From an uncultured bacterium (GTDB lineage Bacteria; Hydrogenedentota; Hydrogenedentia; Hydrogenedentales; CAILVY01), in assembly GCA_937951485.1 (NCBI GenBank), contig CALEDJ010000029.1:4589-68588 (forward strand): 64,000 nt of DNA. Direction: 5' to 3'. Below are positions 41,905-52,212 of this stretch, piece after piece. Made by a program: the position numbers and the translations under genes. Under the pieces are notes generated by a model. That model searched no databases, had not been told where the DNA came from, and saw nothing but the letters and a program-made list of their open reading frames with translations. Within the stretch, counting starts at the first letter, position 1. Each line of letters opens with the position of its first letter.

Positions 41905-42678
41905 TTGCAGGATCAGCGCCCATCGTTTGAATCCCGCCCGCCTCTGGGTGACACGCCCGATGTCGCGGCGCGGCTGGGCGCTGTCTTTGGATATGCGCAG
42001 GTCGGTCGGTGTCTTAACGGCATTACGCATGATATCAACAACGCTCTCGGTGCCATTATGGCCTATGCCGAACTGATCATGAACGACCGCCGGATCGACG
42101 CCGAATCGCAGCGCATGTTGGGAGAAATCATTGAAGGAGCGAAGAAGTGCGGCGCCTTAATTGCCGGATGTGTGGAAATCGCCCGCAAAGGGAAACCCGC
42201 CATCGCCGAAGTTGATCCCTTGGACATTGTCCATCGTGTGTTGCAGTTGCGCAGGCATGAAATGCGTCTGGCCCGCATTGGCCTGGAAACCCGATTTGAA
42301 CAGCCATTGACTGTCATTGTCGCGGACAGAGCGAGAATACATCTGGCGCTGTTGTGCCTGATCATGAACGCACAGGAGGCGCTTGTGGAGTGGCCTGAAG
42401 ACCGGCTCATTCGGATATCGGTGCGCCCATCGGACAATGGCATCGCCATTTCCATATGGAATTCCAGCCCGCCGCCCCCGCCTGAACTGGCGGCGCGCAT
42501 GTTTGAACCTTATGTGACGACCAAAGGGACGGAACATCCCGGCCTGGGTTTATACATCGCGCGGGAAATCGCGGAAGCGCACGGCGGCGACCTGGTCTAT
42601 GCCCCGGATACGGGCTTTACGCTGCGCCTGCCCGCCAAGAGTCCCCTGTATCCTCAGGGGTGTGGTCCCAGCATGTAG
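41905..42678 (+). CDS. Sensor-less histidine-kinase-like protein (HisKA + degenerate HATPase)
   Basis: GITHDINN H box, MNAQEA N box, FEPYVTTK F box, GLGL G2 box; start inferred at TTG after GGAGGAG. Confidence 0.8.
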   Translation: MQDQRPSFESRPPLGDTPDVAARLGAVFGYAQVGRCLNGITHDINNALGAIMAYAELIMNDRRIDAESQRMLGEIIEGAKKCGALIAGCVEIARKGKPAIAEVDPLDIVHRVLQLRRHEMRLARIGLETRFEQPLTVIVADRARIHLALLCLIMNAQEALVEWPEDRLIRISVRPSDNGIAISIWNSSPPPPPELAARMFEPYVTTKGTEHPGLGLYIAREIAEAHGGDLVYAPDTGFTLRLPAKSPLYPQGCGPSM

Positions 42679-43334
42679 ATGACTTCCACGCGGGCGGTGC
42701 AGGAAACCTGCTGCATATTCGGCTGCACCCCCTTGACGTTGGGCGCGTCGTTCCAGATAATCTCCCGCACACGCACCGTATCCACCGCATAGATGGAACC
42801 GCGCAACGCGCCCGCCACCGCGTCCGCCACCGGATATGCGTTTTCCGTGGCTGCGGTTACCGCCGCCTGCACCATGCTTTCGCGATTGGCCGGTTCAAAT
42901 ATAGGCCCCTCCGTCATGCACGCCAACCCTTCCGCGATGGAGGCCATCTTGTCGCAAAGCCGCCCGAAGAATGCCGGCCCGGTCTCCGGGGACACGAAAC
43001 TGGCCATGGGAAAACGCACCCGCGCCGACATGCGCACCGCCTTTTCCTCCTGCATGTCGGACACGGCGGGCGGACTGACATAAATATCGCTTGCGCGCAA
43101 TTCCGCCGCCGTCAGCCGACCCCGTAGATTCTCCTCAAATTGGGCGGCCGCGCCCATGGACTTTTCAAGTGTCTCGTCGGTCACGGTCAGGTGAAGCCAG
43201 AAATCCACATGCGCGGGCACCGCGTAGACCGTGGCAACGCCCAGGCTCCTGATTTGCGGCGGATTGACCTCCTGCGCCAAAGCGTGGGATGCAACGCCAA
43301 GAATGGTCAATGGCATGATCAACGTAAACCGCAT
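42654..43334 (-). CDS. SIMPL/DUF541-like periplasmic protein
   Basis: Signal peptide (ALA-Q); IRSLGVATVYAVPA..., AVTAATENA and C-terminal CTARVEVIY pattern. Confidence 0.65.
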   Translation of the reverse strand: MRFTLIMPLTILGVASHALAQEVNPPQIRSLGVATVYAVPAHVDFWLHLTVTDETLEKSMGAAAQFEENLRGRLTAAELRASDIYVSPPAVSDMQEEKAVRMSARVRFPMASFVSPETGPAFFGRLCDKMASIAEGLACMTEGPIFEPANRESMVQAAVTAATENAYPVADAVAGALRGSIYAVDTVRVREIIWNDAPNVKGVQPNMQQVSCTARVEVIYMLGPHP

Positions 43335-43373
43335 ACGGTATTCCTCCCGGCGGGCTTCCACAAGCATCCGCCA

Positions 43374-44195
43374 TCATTGCTTTTTCTTTGGAAGGAACGG
43401 AAATATTTCCAGGATTTCATCCGGGCCGGGCTGACGCCCGTATTCGCACACCTCAAAAAGTTCCGCAAACCGCACCGCTTTTGCCGCCTCTTCGCCATAC
43501 AATCGCGCCAACGCGGCGCGGGCCTGTTGCGCCGGCTCCAGAAAAAACGGCGTCAGGATCCTTTCCAGCCATTCGCGACGCGCCGCCGGGTCCCTGGGCA
43601 CGGCCTCCGATGCGCCTTCCAGCCAGGGAAGCCATTCGTAGAACTGCGATTCCATCGCATCGAGCATGGACCATTTGACATCCATCACGCTGTCCACTGC
43701 GACAGCGATGTCGGGCTGGAACGGAATCGGCCTGGTAAACTTATCCATCATGTAAAGGAAAATCGGATTCCTGCGCAGGGACGGCGTATCGGGGCAGAAG
43801 AAGGGCACCGTCACCATGAACGCGGCGTCCTGCACCGCGATGGCGGCATAGCGGTGGTCCGGATGATAATCCCAAGGACGATGCGTGATGACCACATCGG
43901 CGCTGCACTGCCGTATCAGTTTCACCACCTGCCTCCGCGTTTCCAGCGTGGGCAACAACTCGCCGTCGTGAATGTCCAAGATGCTCGTCTTCAGGCCGGC
44001 GCGCTCAGCGGAAAGCCGCGCCTCAGCGGCGCGTCGCCGCGCCAACGCGCCGCCGGCCATTTCGTGGTGACCGATGTCGCCGTTGGTGAGCGACACCATG
44101 TGCACCTTGTGTCCTGCGCGGGCACATTGCACCATCGTACCGCCCGCGTAGAACTCCGCGTCGTCGGGATGCGCGCCGATGCAGACAATATTCAT
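43374..44195 (-). CDS. PIG-L/LmbE family deacetylase
   Basis: GAHPDD, RRAAE and DYHPDH motifs. Confidence 0.92.
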   Translation of the reverse strand: MNIVCIGAHPDDAEFYAGGTMVQCARAGHKVHMVSLTNGDIGHHEMAGGALARRRAAEARLSAERAGLKTSILDIHDGELLPTLETRRQVVKLIRQCSADVVITHRPWDYHPDHRYAAIAVQDAAFMVTVPFFCPDTPSLRRNPIFLYMMDKFTRPIPFQPDIAVAVDSVMDVKWSMLDAMESQFYEWLPWLEGASEAVPRDPAARREWLERILTPFFLEPAQQARAALARLYGEEAAKAVRFAELFEVCEYGRQPGPDEILEIFPFLPKKKQ

Positions 44196-44854
44196 CACAT
44201 TCCCCCCTCCGTTTTCCAATTCACCCGAAGCGGATTGCTGAGAATCCGGGTCATGTCTTTGGCGTCTGTCATCACGTCCATCACATCCATCGCCGACAAG
44301 TCCGCCTCCGGCGGCAATAACAACGCTTCCGCCTCCGCATGAACGAGCACGCTTTCGCCCGCTTCACGCACCGGGTCCAGAATGTCCACTGTGAACATGC
44401 GTTCCGCAATAACGCCCTCCGGATGGGCGATCTCCGTTGCGTCGCGTCCGAAAAGCACGGCAAAACGCGCCACTTCGCGCTGCTCCACCAACAAGGCGCC
44501 ACGCAACAACACCAGACGCTCGGCATACTGAATCACACTGTCCGCATTGACGCGCACCGCCGCCGCCAGTGATTCCGGCGCGGCCGTCAGATCCGCCGTG
44601 CTCATGACCATCCGCTCCCGCCGGGATTGCTGATCCTCGACCACAACACCCGATCCGCGCGACGATTCATCAATCGTCACCTCGATCCATACCCCGGCCT
44701 CCACATCGCCGATATCCATGACATGCGGGGCGTGTTCAGCAACGGGCGCGCTCGGTTTAACGTTTGCATCTCTCTTTGGTTCAGGCTTTTCAGGGTGGCA
44801 CCCCATAGTCACGAGGCACGCCGCAAACAACACCGCCATGACTGACCACTTCAT
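44195..44854 (-). CDS. Hypothetical lipoprotein
   Basis: MKWSVMAVLFAACLVTMG-C lipobox; stop abuts the start of the PIG-L gene. Confidence 0.65.
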   Translation of the reverse strand: MKWSVMAVLFAACLVTMGCHPEKPEPKRDANVKPSAPVAEHAPHVMDIGDVEAGVWIEVTIDESSRGSGVVVEDQQSRRERMVMSTADLTAAPESLAAAVRVNADSVIQYAERLVLLRGALLVEQREVARFAVLFGRDATEIAHPEGVIAERMFTVDILDPVREAGESVLVHAEAEALLLPPEADLSAMDVMDVMTDAKDMTRILSNPLRVNWKTEGGM

Positions 44855-44964
44855 GTTTTCAAACTCCTCGCATTGGCCGCGCGAAAATACTTCCTCGCAG
44901 ACCATGAAAGCACAAGCGATAGCGAATGCGCAAATCATACATGTAAATGTGCGTGCCTTTTCGC

Positions 44965-45569
44965 GTCGCTCATCAGCGAGGAATTCCTTCAGGAAAAACA
45001 GGAAAAAGGTCATCGGCCACGGCGCGCAACCCATCCGGGAACGGATTCATGTGCCGCTGATTATCCATGTTCCCGGCCGGGCACCCGCCCGAAGAACGGA
45101 CTTGGCGAGCCTGATCGATCTTGCGCCGACGCTTCTGTCGCTTGCGGGCTGCGAACCGTTGCACTATTCGAGAGGCGTCAATCTGTTTGACCCGACGCTA
45201 CAAAGCAGTCCCGAGGATTTTCTTTTTTCGGAAATGTTGGACTATACCGAAGCGCAGCAGTACGCGGTGATCACGCAGGACTGGAAATACATGCGCCGGA
45301 TCGGCGAGAAGCCACACCCGTTTGCCCGACCGCCCCCGCCGGAAATCACGGTGGAATTGTATTCACGCACCCACGACCCGCTGGAACGGGAAAACGTGGC
45401 GGACGCCCACCCGGAGGTGGTGGAACATCTGGAGACCGAGGCGCAGCGCTTCATGGCGGCGTTGGATGCAACGGAAGCCGGCTCTGAGGACGCGCATAGT
45501 GACGCGGATGATATGGGCCTCACAGACGCCCAAATCGAAAAACTTCAGGCGCTGGGATATCTGGAGTAG
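44965..45569 (+). pseudogene. 5'-truncated sulfatase-like gene fragment
   Basis: C-terminal motifs GHG..IHVPLII, IDLAPTLL, DPLE and LQALGY; eroded out-of-frame SEEFL upstream; no room for the N-terminal catalytic half. Confidence 0.7.
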
Positions 45570-45578
45570 CCCCGCCTG

Positions 45579-47096
45579 TCAGCCGAAATGTCGCTGCAGG
45601 AAGGCCAGGTCCAATTGCGGATAGACGGGGAAGCGGTCGATCAGCGCCTTGGTACGCGCCAGGGCATCCTTGCGCACGGCATCGCCCAGCACATACGCGC
45701 GCTTGCTCGGTTTGCCGGCCTTGTCCCCGCTCTTGATGAGGTCCGGCCGCGTGCCGTCGAGCACCAGCCGGATGATCGCCGCGATCTCCTTCATCTCCTC
45801 CTCGCCCATGCCCAGGGTCGTGACGGCAGGGGTACCGAGTCGCAATCCGCTGGTGATGAGCGGGCCGTTGGGGTCATAGGGCAACGAGTTGAAATTGAGC
45901 GTAATTCCGCATTCGCGGAGCGCGCCCGCCGCCTGCCTGCCCGTCAAACCCCGGCTTTCGGCGACGTTGATCAGCATCAGGTGGTTGTCGGTGCCGCCGG
46001 TGGCGATGGTCAGTCCCTCGGCGACAAGCGCCTGCGCGAGCGCCCGCGCATTGGCGACGATGCGCCGGGCATAGTCCCGGAACGCGGGCTGATTCGCTTC
46101 GGTGAAGGCCACCGCCTTCGACGCCAGGATATGCGGCAAAGGACCGCCAAGCACCAGCGGGCAACCTTTGTCCACGTACTCCGCAAACTCCTTCTTGCAG
46201 AGCACGATGCCGCCGCGCGGACCACGCAAGGTTTTGTGTGTCGTCGAGGTGACGATGTGCGCATGTTCCACGGGATTGGCGTCGCCCTGGAATACGCCGC
46301 CGGCGACGAGTCCCGCAAAATGCGCCATGTCCACCATGAAGACCGCGCCGACCTTGTCGGCGATTTCGCGCATCCGCCGGAAATTGATTTCGCGGGGATA
46401 GGCGCTGTACCCCGCCAGCAGGATCAGCGGTTTCAAATCCAGCGCCATGCGCTCGATGACATCGTAATCCAGAAGCCCGGTCTCGCGGTCCACGGCATAA
46501 CTGTAGGCGTCGAACATTTTCGCGGAAAGATTGCGCCGGTAGCCGTGCGTCAGGTGGCCGCCGGAGTAATAGTCCATGCCCAGCAGTTTCTGGTTGTTGA
46601 TCGCCTGCCGGATGCGGTTCCAGTCATCCTGCGACAATTTGGAAGGGTCTTTGACGGCCATCGCCTCCAACTGCGGCGCTTCGACGCGCGCAGTAAGCAC
46701 CGCCCAATAGGCCACCAGATTCGCGTCGGCCCCGCTGTGCGGCTGGACGTAGGCGTGCTCGGCATTGAAGAGCGTGCAAGCCTGCTCGCAGGCATACGCC
46801 TCGATGGCGTCCACGTTGTCGCAGCCCTCATAGAAGCGCTGGCCGGGAAATCCCTCGGCGTATTTGTCGGTCAGCAGGTTGCCCATGGCCAGTTGGGTGG
46901 CCAGCGAGCAGTAGTTCTCGCTGGCGATAAGCTTGAGGTAGCGGCGCTGGTCCGCCAATTCGTGCACAATGGCCTTCGCCACAGCAGGGGCGGTCTTCGC
47001 GATTTCGATCAGATTCGCAATATACCCCAGAAATCCGGCATTGACGGAACCGGGGGCCGTTTCCCGCAAATATGCGGCAATGGCGTCACGTGACAC
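45579..47096 (-). CDS. glyA: Serine hydroxymethyltransferase (long form)
   Basis: LIASEN, KYAEG, GGHLTHG, TTHKTLRGPRGG and GTDNHL motifs; GTG start after GAGGAGG. Confidence 0.96.
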   Translation of the reverse strand: MSRDAIAAYLRETAPGSVNAGFLGYIANLIEIAKTAPAVAKAIVHELADQRRYLKLIASENYCSLATQLAMGNLLTDKYAEGFPGQRFYEGCDNVDAIEAYACEQACTLFNAEHAYVQPHSGADANLVAYWAVLTARVEAPQLEAMAVKDPSKLSQDDWNRIRQAINNQKLLGMDYYSGGHLTHGYRRNLSAKMFDAYSYAVDRETGLLDYDVIERMALDLKPLILLAGYSAYPREINFRRMREIADKVGAVFMVDMAHFAGLVAGGVFQGDANPVEHAHIVTSTTHKTLRGPRGGIVLCKKEFAEYVDKGCPLVLGGPLPHILASKAVAFTEANQPAFRDYARRIVANARALAQALVAEGLTIATGGTDNHLMLINVAESRGLTGRQAAGALRECGITLNFNSLPYDPNGPLITSGLRLGTPAVTTLGMGEEEMKEIAAIIRLVLDGTRPDLIKSGDKAGKPSKRAYVLGDAVRKDALARTKALIDRFPVYPQLDLAFLQRHFG

Positions 47097-47184
47097 AGGG
47101 GACCCTCCTCGTTGGTCTGCATTACAGAACAAGCCGTATGTTAGCCTGTTCCCGGAATCGGGATCAAAGCAGGCAAAATCAGAT

Positions 47185-47507
47185 TTCGGTGATCCCCGGT
47201 TTTCAGATGAAGGAATAGATAAAAGGCGCGCATGGTCTTGTTTGCCTTCAAGTCGTCTCACGTTGAGGAGTCGAGTTCCATTTGGAGGGAAAGACCATGT
47301 ACGCCACGATCAAGTTTCTGACATGGATTGTGGCCAATGCACAAGACATGCGTTTGTCGCGGGCCGGGACACTTGCGGCCATCGTAAGCGCCGCGCTGTT
47401 GATGAAGGGGGTTGGGATATTGCCGTCCTGCAATTTTAACGATGTTCGCTCAAGGACGCATTCGCCGCATTACAGGCGTTGCCTGCATGAAACTGGGGAG
47501 CACTGAG
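47185..47507 (+). mobile_element. Internally deleted IS4-like element
   Basis: Imperfect 19-bp TIR (14/19); transposase-like N-terminus MYATIKFL..RLSRAGTLAAIV..GVG at 47297 joined to an out-of-frame C-terminal-like stub. Confidence 0.55.
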
Positions 47508-48009
47508 AGAGAAAACTTGCTCCTTCAGTAACATTTTACCGATTGACGCAATCATTACTGAAGACCCCATGATTGCGAGTCTCACACCGCCTTCGGCGGC
47601 GATTCGCACAAGAAAGGGGACGAACTTTCTCAGCAGCGGGGTGAAGCGTAGCGCAGCAACCTGGATATACACTTTACCTCAGAATGCCACGTTCAGCGAC
47701 ACAGAGCGCCGCTTCACTCGCAATGAGGTTTAGGCAATACTCCGGGACAATCAAAGTAAAAAACCGAATTCATACAGCACACGCCCAAGTGGTCAATACC
47801 GCCAATATCTCACCCGAAGGCATTTGCGAAATGGGCGTTCCGGACCTCAGTCCCATCAATAATCCCGGATATTTCGCGCTCTCAGGCGCGGAAACAGCCC
47901 ATTTCGCAAATGCCTGACCCGAACACTTCCTTGATTTTGTCACATAAATCCAATAACATGAGGATATTATCAGGGACAATAGACACATTTCCTGCGCGAG
48001 GGGCCGTGG

Positions 48010-49038
48010 ATGGACGAAACGCAAAGTCATCTCAAATTCTTTGGGCTGCGTGAGCAGCCGTTTGCGCCGACAGCGGATCCAGCCTATTTCTATGCCACGC
48101 AGGAACACAAGGAATGTTTGTTCCGGCTGTGGAACAGCATAGACGGGCGGCACGGCATTGCAGTGATTCTTGGAAATTATGGCACAGGCAAGACGACGCT
48201 GCTGCGCAAGTTGCTTACCGGCATGGCGGAGAACCCGGAGCGTTATTGCACCGCAGTGATTGGTTCGCCGATTCCTTCCTGGACCACGTTTGCCCTGCTG
48301 TCGGGCATCGTGACGCAATTCGGCCTGCAGTCCCACGAGCATTCGTTTGCGGCGTATATGGAGACGCTCAACCAGTATCTGCTCGCGAACCGCCACCGCA
48401 TCTGCACGCTGATTATTGACGACGCACAGAACCTGAACAAGCGGGGCCAGTTGGAGTTGCTGCGCCTGGCGCAGAACCTGGAAACGCAGCAGCATAAGTT
48501 GCTGAATCTCGTTCTTTTCGCGCAATTGGAATGGATACAGGTGCTGAAGGCGGCCCCGAATTTCGAGCAGCGTGTAAATATGACGTACACCCTGGGGCCC
48601 ATTCCTTTTGAGGAGATGCGTCGCTTCATCGAGTTTCGGTTGCAGCAGGCGGGCGCGCAACCAGGCGCGGGGCCGGAATTTGACGAAGCGGCCATGCGCG
48701 CCATTTTCGCGTACAGTGAAGGCAGTCCGCGCCTGATTGTCACGCTCTGCCGCAACGCGATGCTGGAAGCCGCGCAGTTGCAGACGCGGCGCATTAACCA
48801 TGAAATCATCCTGCATACAATCGAAAAGACCACGTTGGCCCATCCGGAAAAGCGGGCGCGCGTCGCCGCCGCAGTGCAGGATGCGTTACGCAGCACCGGG
48901 GCTTTTCCCGCGCCCAGGGAGGAGGAACCGAAAAGCGTGAAACCAGGGCGGGGAGCCTTCACGCGCGATGAAAGGGCTGCGCAACTGCTGCTGCGTGGTG
49001 TGCGAGAGCGTCCGGACGAGGAACGGGAAGCGCCATGA
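48010..49038 (+). CDS. ExeA/GspA-family AAA ATPase
   Basis: FFGLREQPF..TADP, GNYGTGKTT, LIIDDAQ and GSPRLI motifs. Confidence 0.9.
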   Translation: MDETQSHLKFFGLREQPFAPTADPAYFYATQEHKECLFRLWNSIDGRHGIAVILGNYGTGKTTLLRKLLTGMAENPERYCTAVIGSPIPSWTTFALLSGIVTQFGLQSHEHSFAAYMETLNQYLLANRHRICTLIIDDAQNLNKRGQLELLRLAQNLETQQHKLLNLVLFAQLEWIQVLKAAPNFEQRVNMTYTLGPIPFEEMRRFIEFRLQQAGAQPGAGPEFDEAAMRAIFAYSEGSPRLIVTLCRNAMLEAAQLQTRRINHEIILHTIEKTTLAHPEKRARVAAAVQDALRSTGAFPAPREEEPKSVKPGRGAFTRDERAAQLLLRGVRERPDEEREAP

Positions 49039-50696
49039 GCGCGATGTCGCATGACCACGAGGCAGACAAGACCGGAGATGAAGGCGAACTTATCCGGTCC
49101 CGGCTCGATGAACTTGATCGCTCGCTGATGGCGGCAATGGCGCAGGACGCGCGATTGCAGAGCGGCGTTTCCCGAAATCGCTTCACCAGTGATCTCGATT
49201 TCATTCAAATGACCGGATTGACGCGTTCTCCGGCAATGGCGTCACCACCAAGCCGGACCGTCCCGCAAACGAGAACGCCGGTGGAAGACATGAATCCCGC
49301 CCATCCCGTGATATTCTATGAAGCAGGGGTGAGGGATGTGGACCATGCCGTCGCCGCCGGGGGCCGGGGAAATGCGGAGATATCTTCATCCGAGCCCCCG
49401 CCACTGGAGCCATTACAGGCGGAAACCGGGCCGTCTGTCGCCCTCACGCGGACACTCGAAACCCTTCGCGAACTGGTGACAGAGTTGGCCCGGGATTTGG
49501 GACAGCCCCCCCGTGTGCAAGGCGACGACACGACTTACGCTTCCCCGGCGCGGCATGCAGATACGCCAAGCCAAGCCGGCCCGCCCGCGTTGGCGAATGC
49601 AGCAGCGTCGCCATCCGACAAAGATGCGCCGGGATTTGAGAGGACGGCTGAGGTCCATGAGGGAATGGAACGGCGCCCGGAAGAATTGCCGAAGCACGCG
49701 TCCAATGCCACACAGCAACTCGCGGAAGCGGAGCAACTGCTTTGTGAACTGGAAAACCAGCCGCGCGATTTCATGGCGGAGAATTGGTTGTGTCTTGAAG
49801 AGGAAGAAAGCGAAGGCGATGGGACGCTCCATGATTATGATAACGAAGCGGCGCGGGCGCGCCGTTCCATGCGCTATGCGTCTCCAATGCGAAAGAGGGT
49901 TTTCTATTCAGCGCTTGCGCTGGGCGGTTTTGTTCTGACGGTTACGGCCGTGCTTGTATTCAGAGAAACCTTATGGCCGATCATGCGTTCTCCGGAACAG
50001 TTGATGATCGCAGCCAGGGCGGCGATGGCGCAGAGTCGCTATGAGCAAGCCGCGCAAGACTTCCTCCTGCTGGCGCGACGTTATCCGGCGCATCCCTTGA
50101 GCGCAGAGGCCTGGTTCGAGGCGGGTGTTGCCCTCAAACAATCCGCTTCCATGGCTGGAAACGCCGCGCGCACGCGCCGCGAAGAAGCGCTGTCGGTGCT
50201 GAACGCCTTTGTGCGGGATCACCCCGCCGACGCCAGACGGTTGCGGGCGGAATGCCTGATCGGCATACTCTATTTTGAACTGGGCAATTACCCGAAGGCG
50301 GTGGAAACGCTGCGCACGCCTGCGCAACAGGTGGAAGACCCCGCAACAGCATTGCAGGTGTTGCGCACCCTGGCGGCGGCCCATCGCGTGATGGGCGAAT
50401 ACGCCGCAGCCGAGTCGGCCTATCTTCAGGCGGCGCGCGTGGCGCGCAATGACTCCGCCGATACTGACTACATTGATTTGGGCGATATGTGCCTGGAACG
50501 GGCGCGCCTTGCGGAAAACGCCCCTGACCGGCGGCGTCTTCTTGAAAGCGCCCTGAAATATTGGGACAGAGCGCTGAACACCCCCGGGGGCGATCCGGTG
50601 CGGCGGGCGCAGATTCACAAGCGCATTGGCCTCGCTCGCGGTGATCTGGATGCGTTGGGCGACGGGCCGGACGGTCCGGAACACCTCACGCCCTGA
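49035..50696 (+). CDS. Single-pass membrane protein with periplasmic TPR repeats
   Basis: ATGA overlap with the ExeA gene; low-complexity acidic N-terminus, one TM, TPR helices (RYPAHPLSAEAWF). Confidence 0.75.
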   Translation: MSAMSHDHEADKTGDEGELIRSRLDELDRSLMAAMAQDARLQSGVSRNRFTSDLDFIQMTGLTRSPAMASPPSRTVPQTRTPVEDMNPAHPVIFYEAGVRDVDHAVAAGGRGNAEISSSEPPPLEPLQAETGPSVALTRTLETLRELVTELARDLGQPPRVQGDDTTYASPARHADTPSQAGPPALANAAASPSDKDAPGFERTAEVHEGMERRPEELPKHASNATQQLAEAEQLLCELENQPRDFMAENWLCLEEEESEGDGTLHDYDNEAARARRSMRYASPMRKRVFYSALALGGFVLTVTAVLVFRETLWPIMRSPEQLMIAARAAMAQSRYEQAAQDFLLLARRYPAHPLSAEAWFEAGVALKQSASMAGNAARTRREEALSVLNAFVRDHPADARRLRAECLIGILYFELGNYPKAVETLRTPAQQVEDPATALQVLRTLAAAHRVMGEYAAAESAYLQAARVARNDSADTDYIDLGDMCLERARLAENAPDRRRLLESALKYWDRALNTPGGDPVRRAQIHKRIGLARGDLDALGDGPDGPEHLTP

Positions 50697-52212
50697 ACAT
50701 GTCGTGGTCACCCCTGTTCTTGATCGAATCCAGGCGCGGGATGGAGTACGTGCCCATGTGCAACTGGTCGAACACGCTGGCGTCGGTGCAGAATTCCCGT
50801 GCATGGTCCAGATCTATCAAGCCCTCTTTGTAAATCCGGTGCAGATACTGCTCAAACAGGAACGAATGCGACACGCTTTGCTGCATGCCGACACGGATGA
50901 GGTCTGAATCCCCGGTGATGATGCCGTCGCCGATGGCCTTGATGTCATTGAACAACACTTCGAGCGCGGGCACGCGGCCCCCGCCGATCTTGGGCACCAG
51001 CCGTTGGCAGATGACTCCCCGCAGGCAGTCGCGCACCTGGAGGCGCACCAGATCGCGTTCGATGGGATCGAAGTAACTCACAATGCGATTGACGACTTCG
51101 TAGGCGGTGTTGGAGTGCAGCGTGCTCAATACGAGGTGGCCGGTCGCCGCGGCGTTGATCGCGGCGCGGATGGTATCGGGGTCGCGCATTTCCCCGATGA
51201 GAATAATATCGGGGTCATGGCGCAGGGCGCCGCTCACGGCATCGTTGAACGAATTCACATCGGTCCCAAGACTTCGCTGTGATATGACGGACCTCTTGTT
51301 GACGTGCACATATTCAATCGGGTTCTCAATCGTGATGATGTGGGTTGCGCGGTGAGCGTTAATATAGTCGAGCAGCGCCGCAACCGTGGTGGTCTTGCCG
51401 CTCCCGGTCATGCCCGTCACGAGCAGCAGCCCGCGCGGGAGCGAGGCCACCCGCTCCATGAGGTCCGGCGGCATGTGCAATTCTTCAAAGGAAGGGATGA
51501 TTTCGGGAAGAAAACGGAATGTGCAATGCGGCGCGCCGGTCTTGACGAACGCCGAAACCCGCGAATAGCCCATGCCGATCTGGTGATAGCCGAAACTGGT
51601 CTGCTTCGACATCTCAAATTCGGTGTAGCATTCCGGCGGCGCGATTTCCTTTATCAATGCAAGAATCTGCACGGAGGACAACGGCCCCATCAGTTCGGAA
51701 TTGTGCACATCGCCGTCAATGCGAAACACGGGACACAGGCCCGGTGACAGGTGGACGTCGCTCGCCTTGTATTGCAGCATCGCCTGGAACAGCAATTCCG
51801 GACTGATGCGGTCAATACGGTAGTTCTCGCCCCGGACGCGCCATACTTCAGGAAGCGTTATGCAACGCGAGGCCCTCTCCACCGCCTCCAGGGCGCGTGC
51901 TGACGGCTTTGCGCCCTGCGGCGGAAAATTCAACACCACCGCACCGTCTTCCTGGGTGAAGGAAAAGGAATCGGCATACTCTTTGGAAAGCGAAGTCAAC
52001 GCCTGCAGACATTTCTCATTGGGACGCAGGCGCACAGCGAACTTTACAAATTCCCCCTTGAATTCCGGACGCTCCGCCGTCAGTTCCAGTGTCTCCGAAT
52101 GCGCTTCAATCCGGCGCGGCACACCCTGTGTCCGTCGCAGATGCTGCTCGATCATGTTGATGACGGTACGAAGACTCTGCTGTTGCCCTGTTCCTAATAC
52201 AACCTCCGCCAT
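50686..52212 (-). CDS. PilT/PilU-family ATPase with extra N-terminal domain
   Basis: ASDVHL, GMTGSGKTT, TIENPIE, RHDPDIILIGEMRD and GHLVLSTLH motifs. Confidence 0.88.
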   Translation of the reverse strand: MAEVVLGTGQQQSLRTVINMIEQHLRRTQGVPRRIEAHSETLELTAERPEFKGEFVKFAVRLRPNEKCLQALTSLSKEYADSFSFTQEDGAVVLNFPPQGAKPSARALEAVERASRCITLPEVWRVRGENYRIDRISPELLFQAMLQYKASDVHLSPGLCPVFRIDGDVHNSELMGPLSSVQILALIKEIAPPECYTEFEMSKQTSFGYHQIGMGYSRVSAFVKTGAPHCTFRFLPEIIPSFEELHMPPDLMERVASLPRGLLLVTGMTGSGKTTTVAALLDYINAHRATHIITIENPIEYVHVNKRSVISQRSLGTDVNSFNDAVSGALRHDPDIILIGEMRDPDTIRAAINAAATGHLVLSTLHSNTAYEVVNRIVSYFDPIERDLVRLQVRDCLRGVICQRLVPKIGGGRVPALEVLFNDIKAIGDGIITGDSDLIRVGMQQSVSHSFLFEQYLHRIYKEGLIDLDHAREFCTDASVFDQLHMGTYSIPRLDSIKNRGDHDMFRA

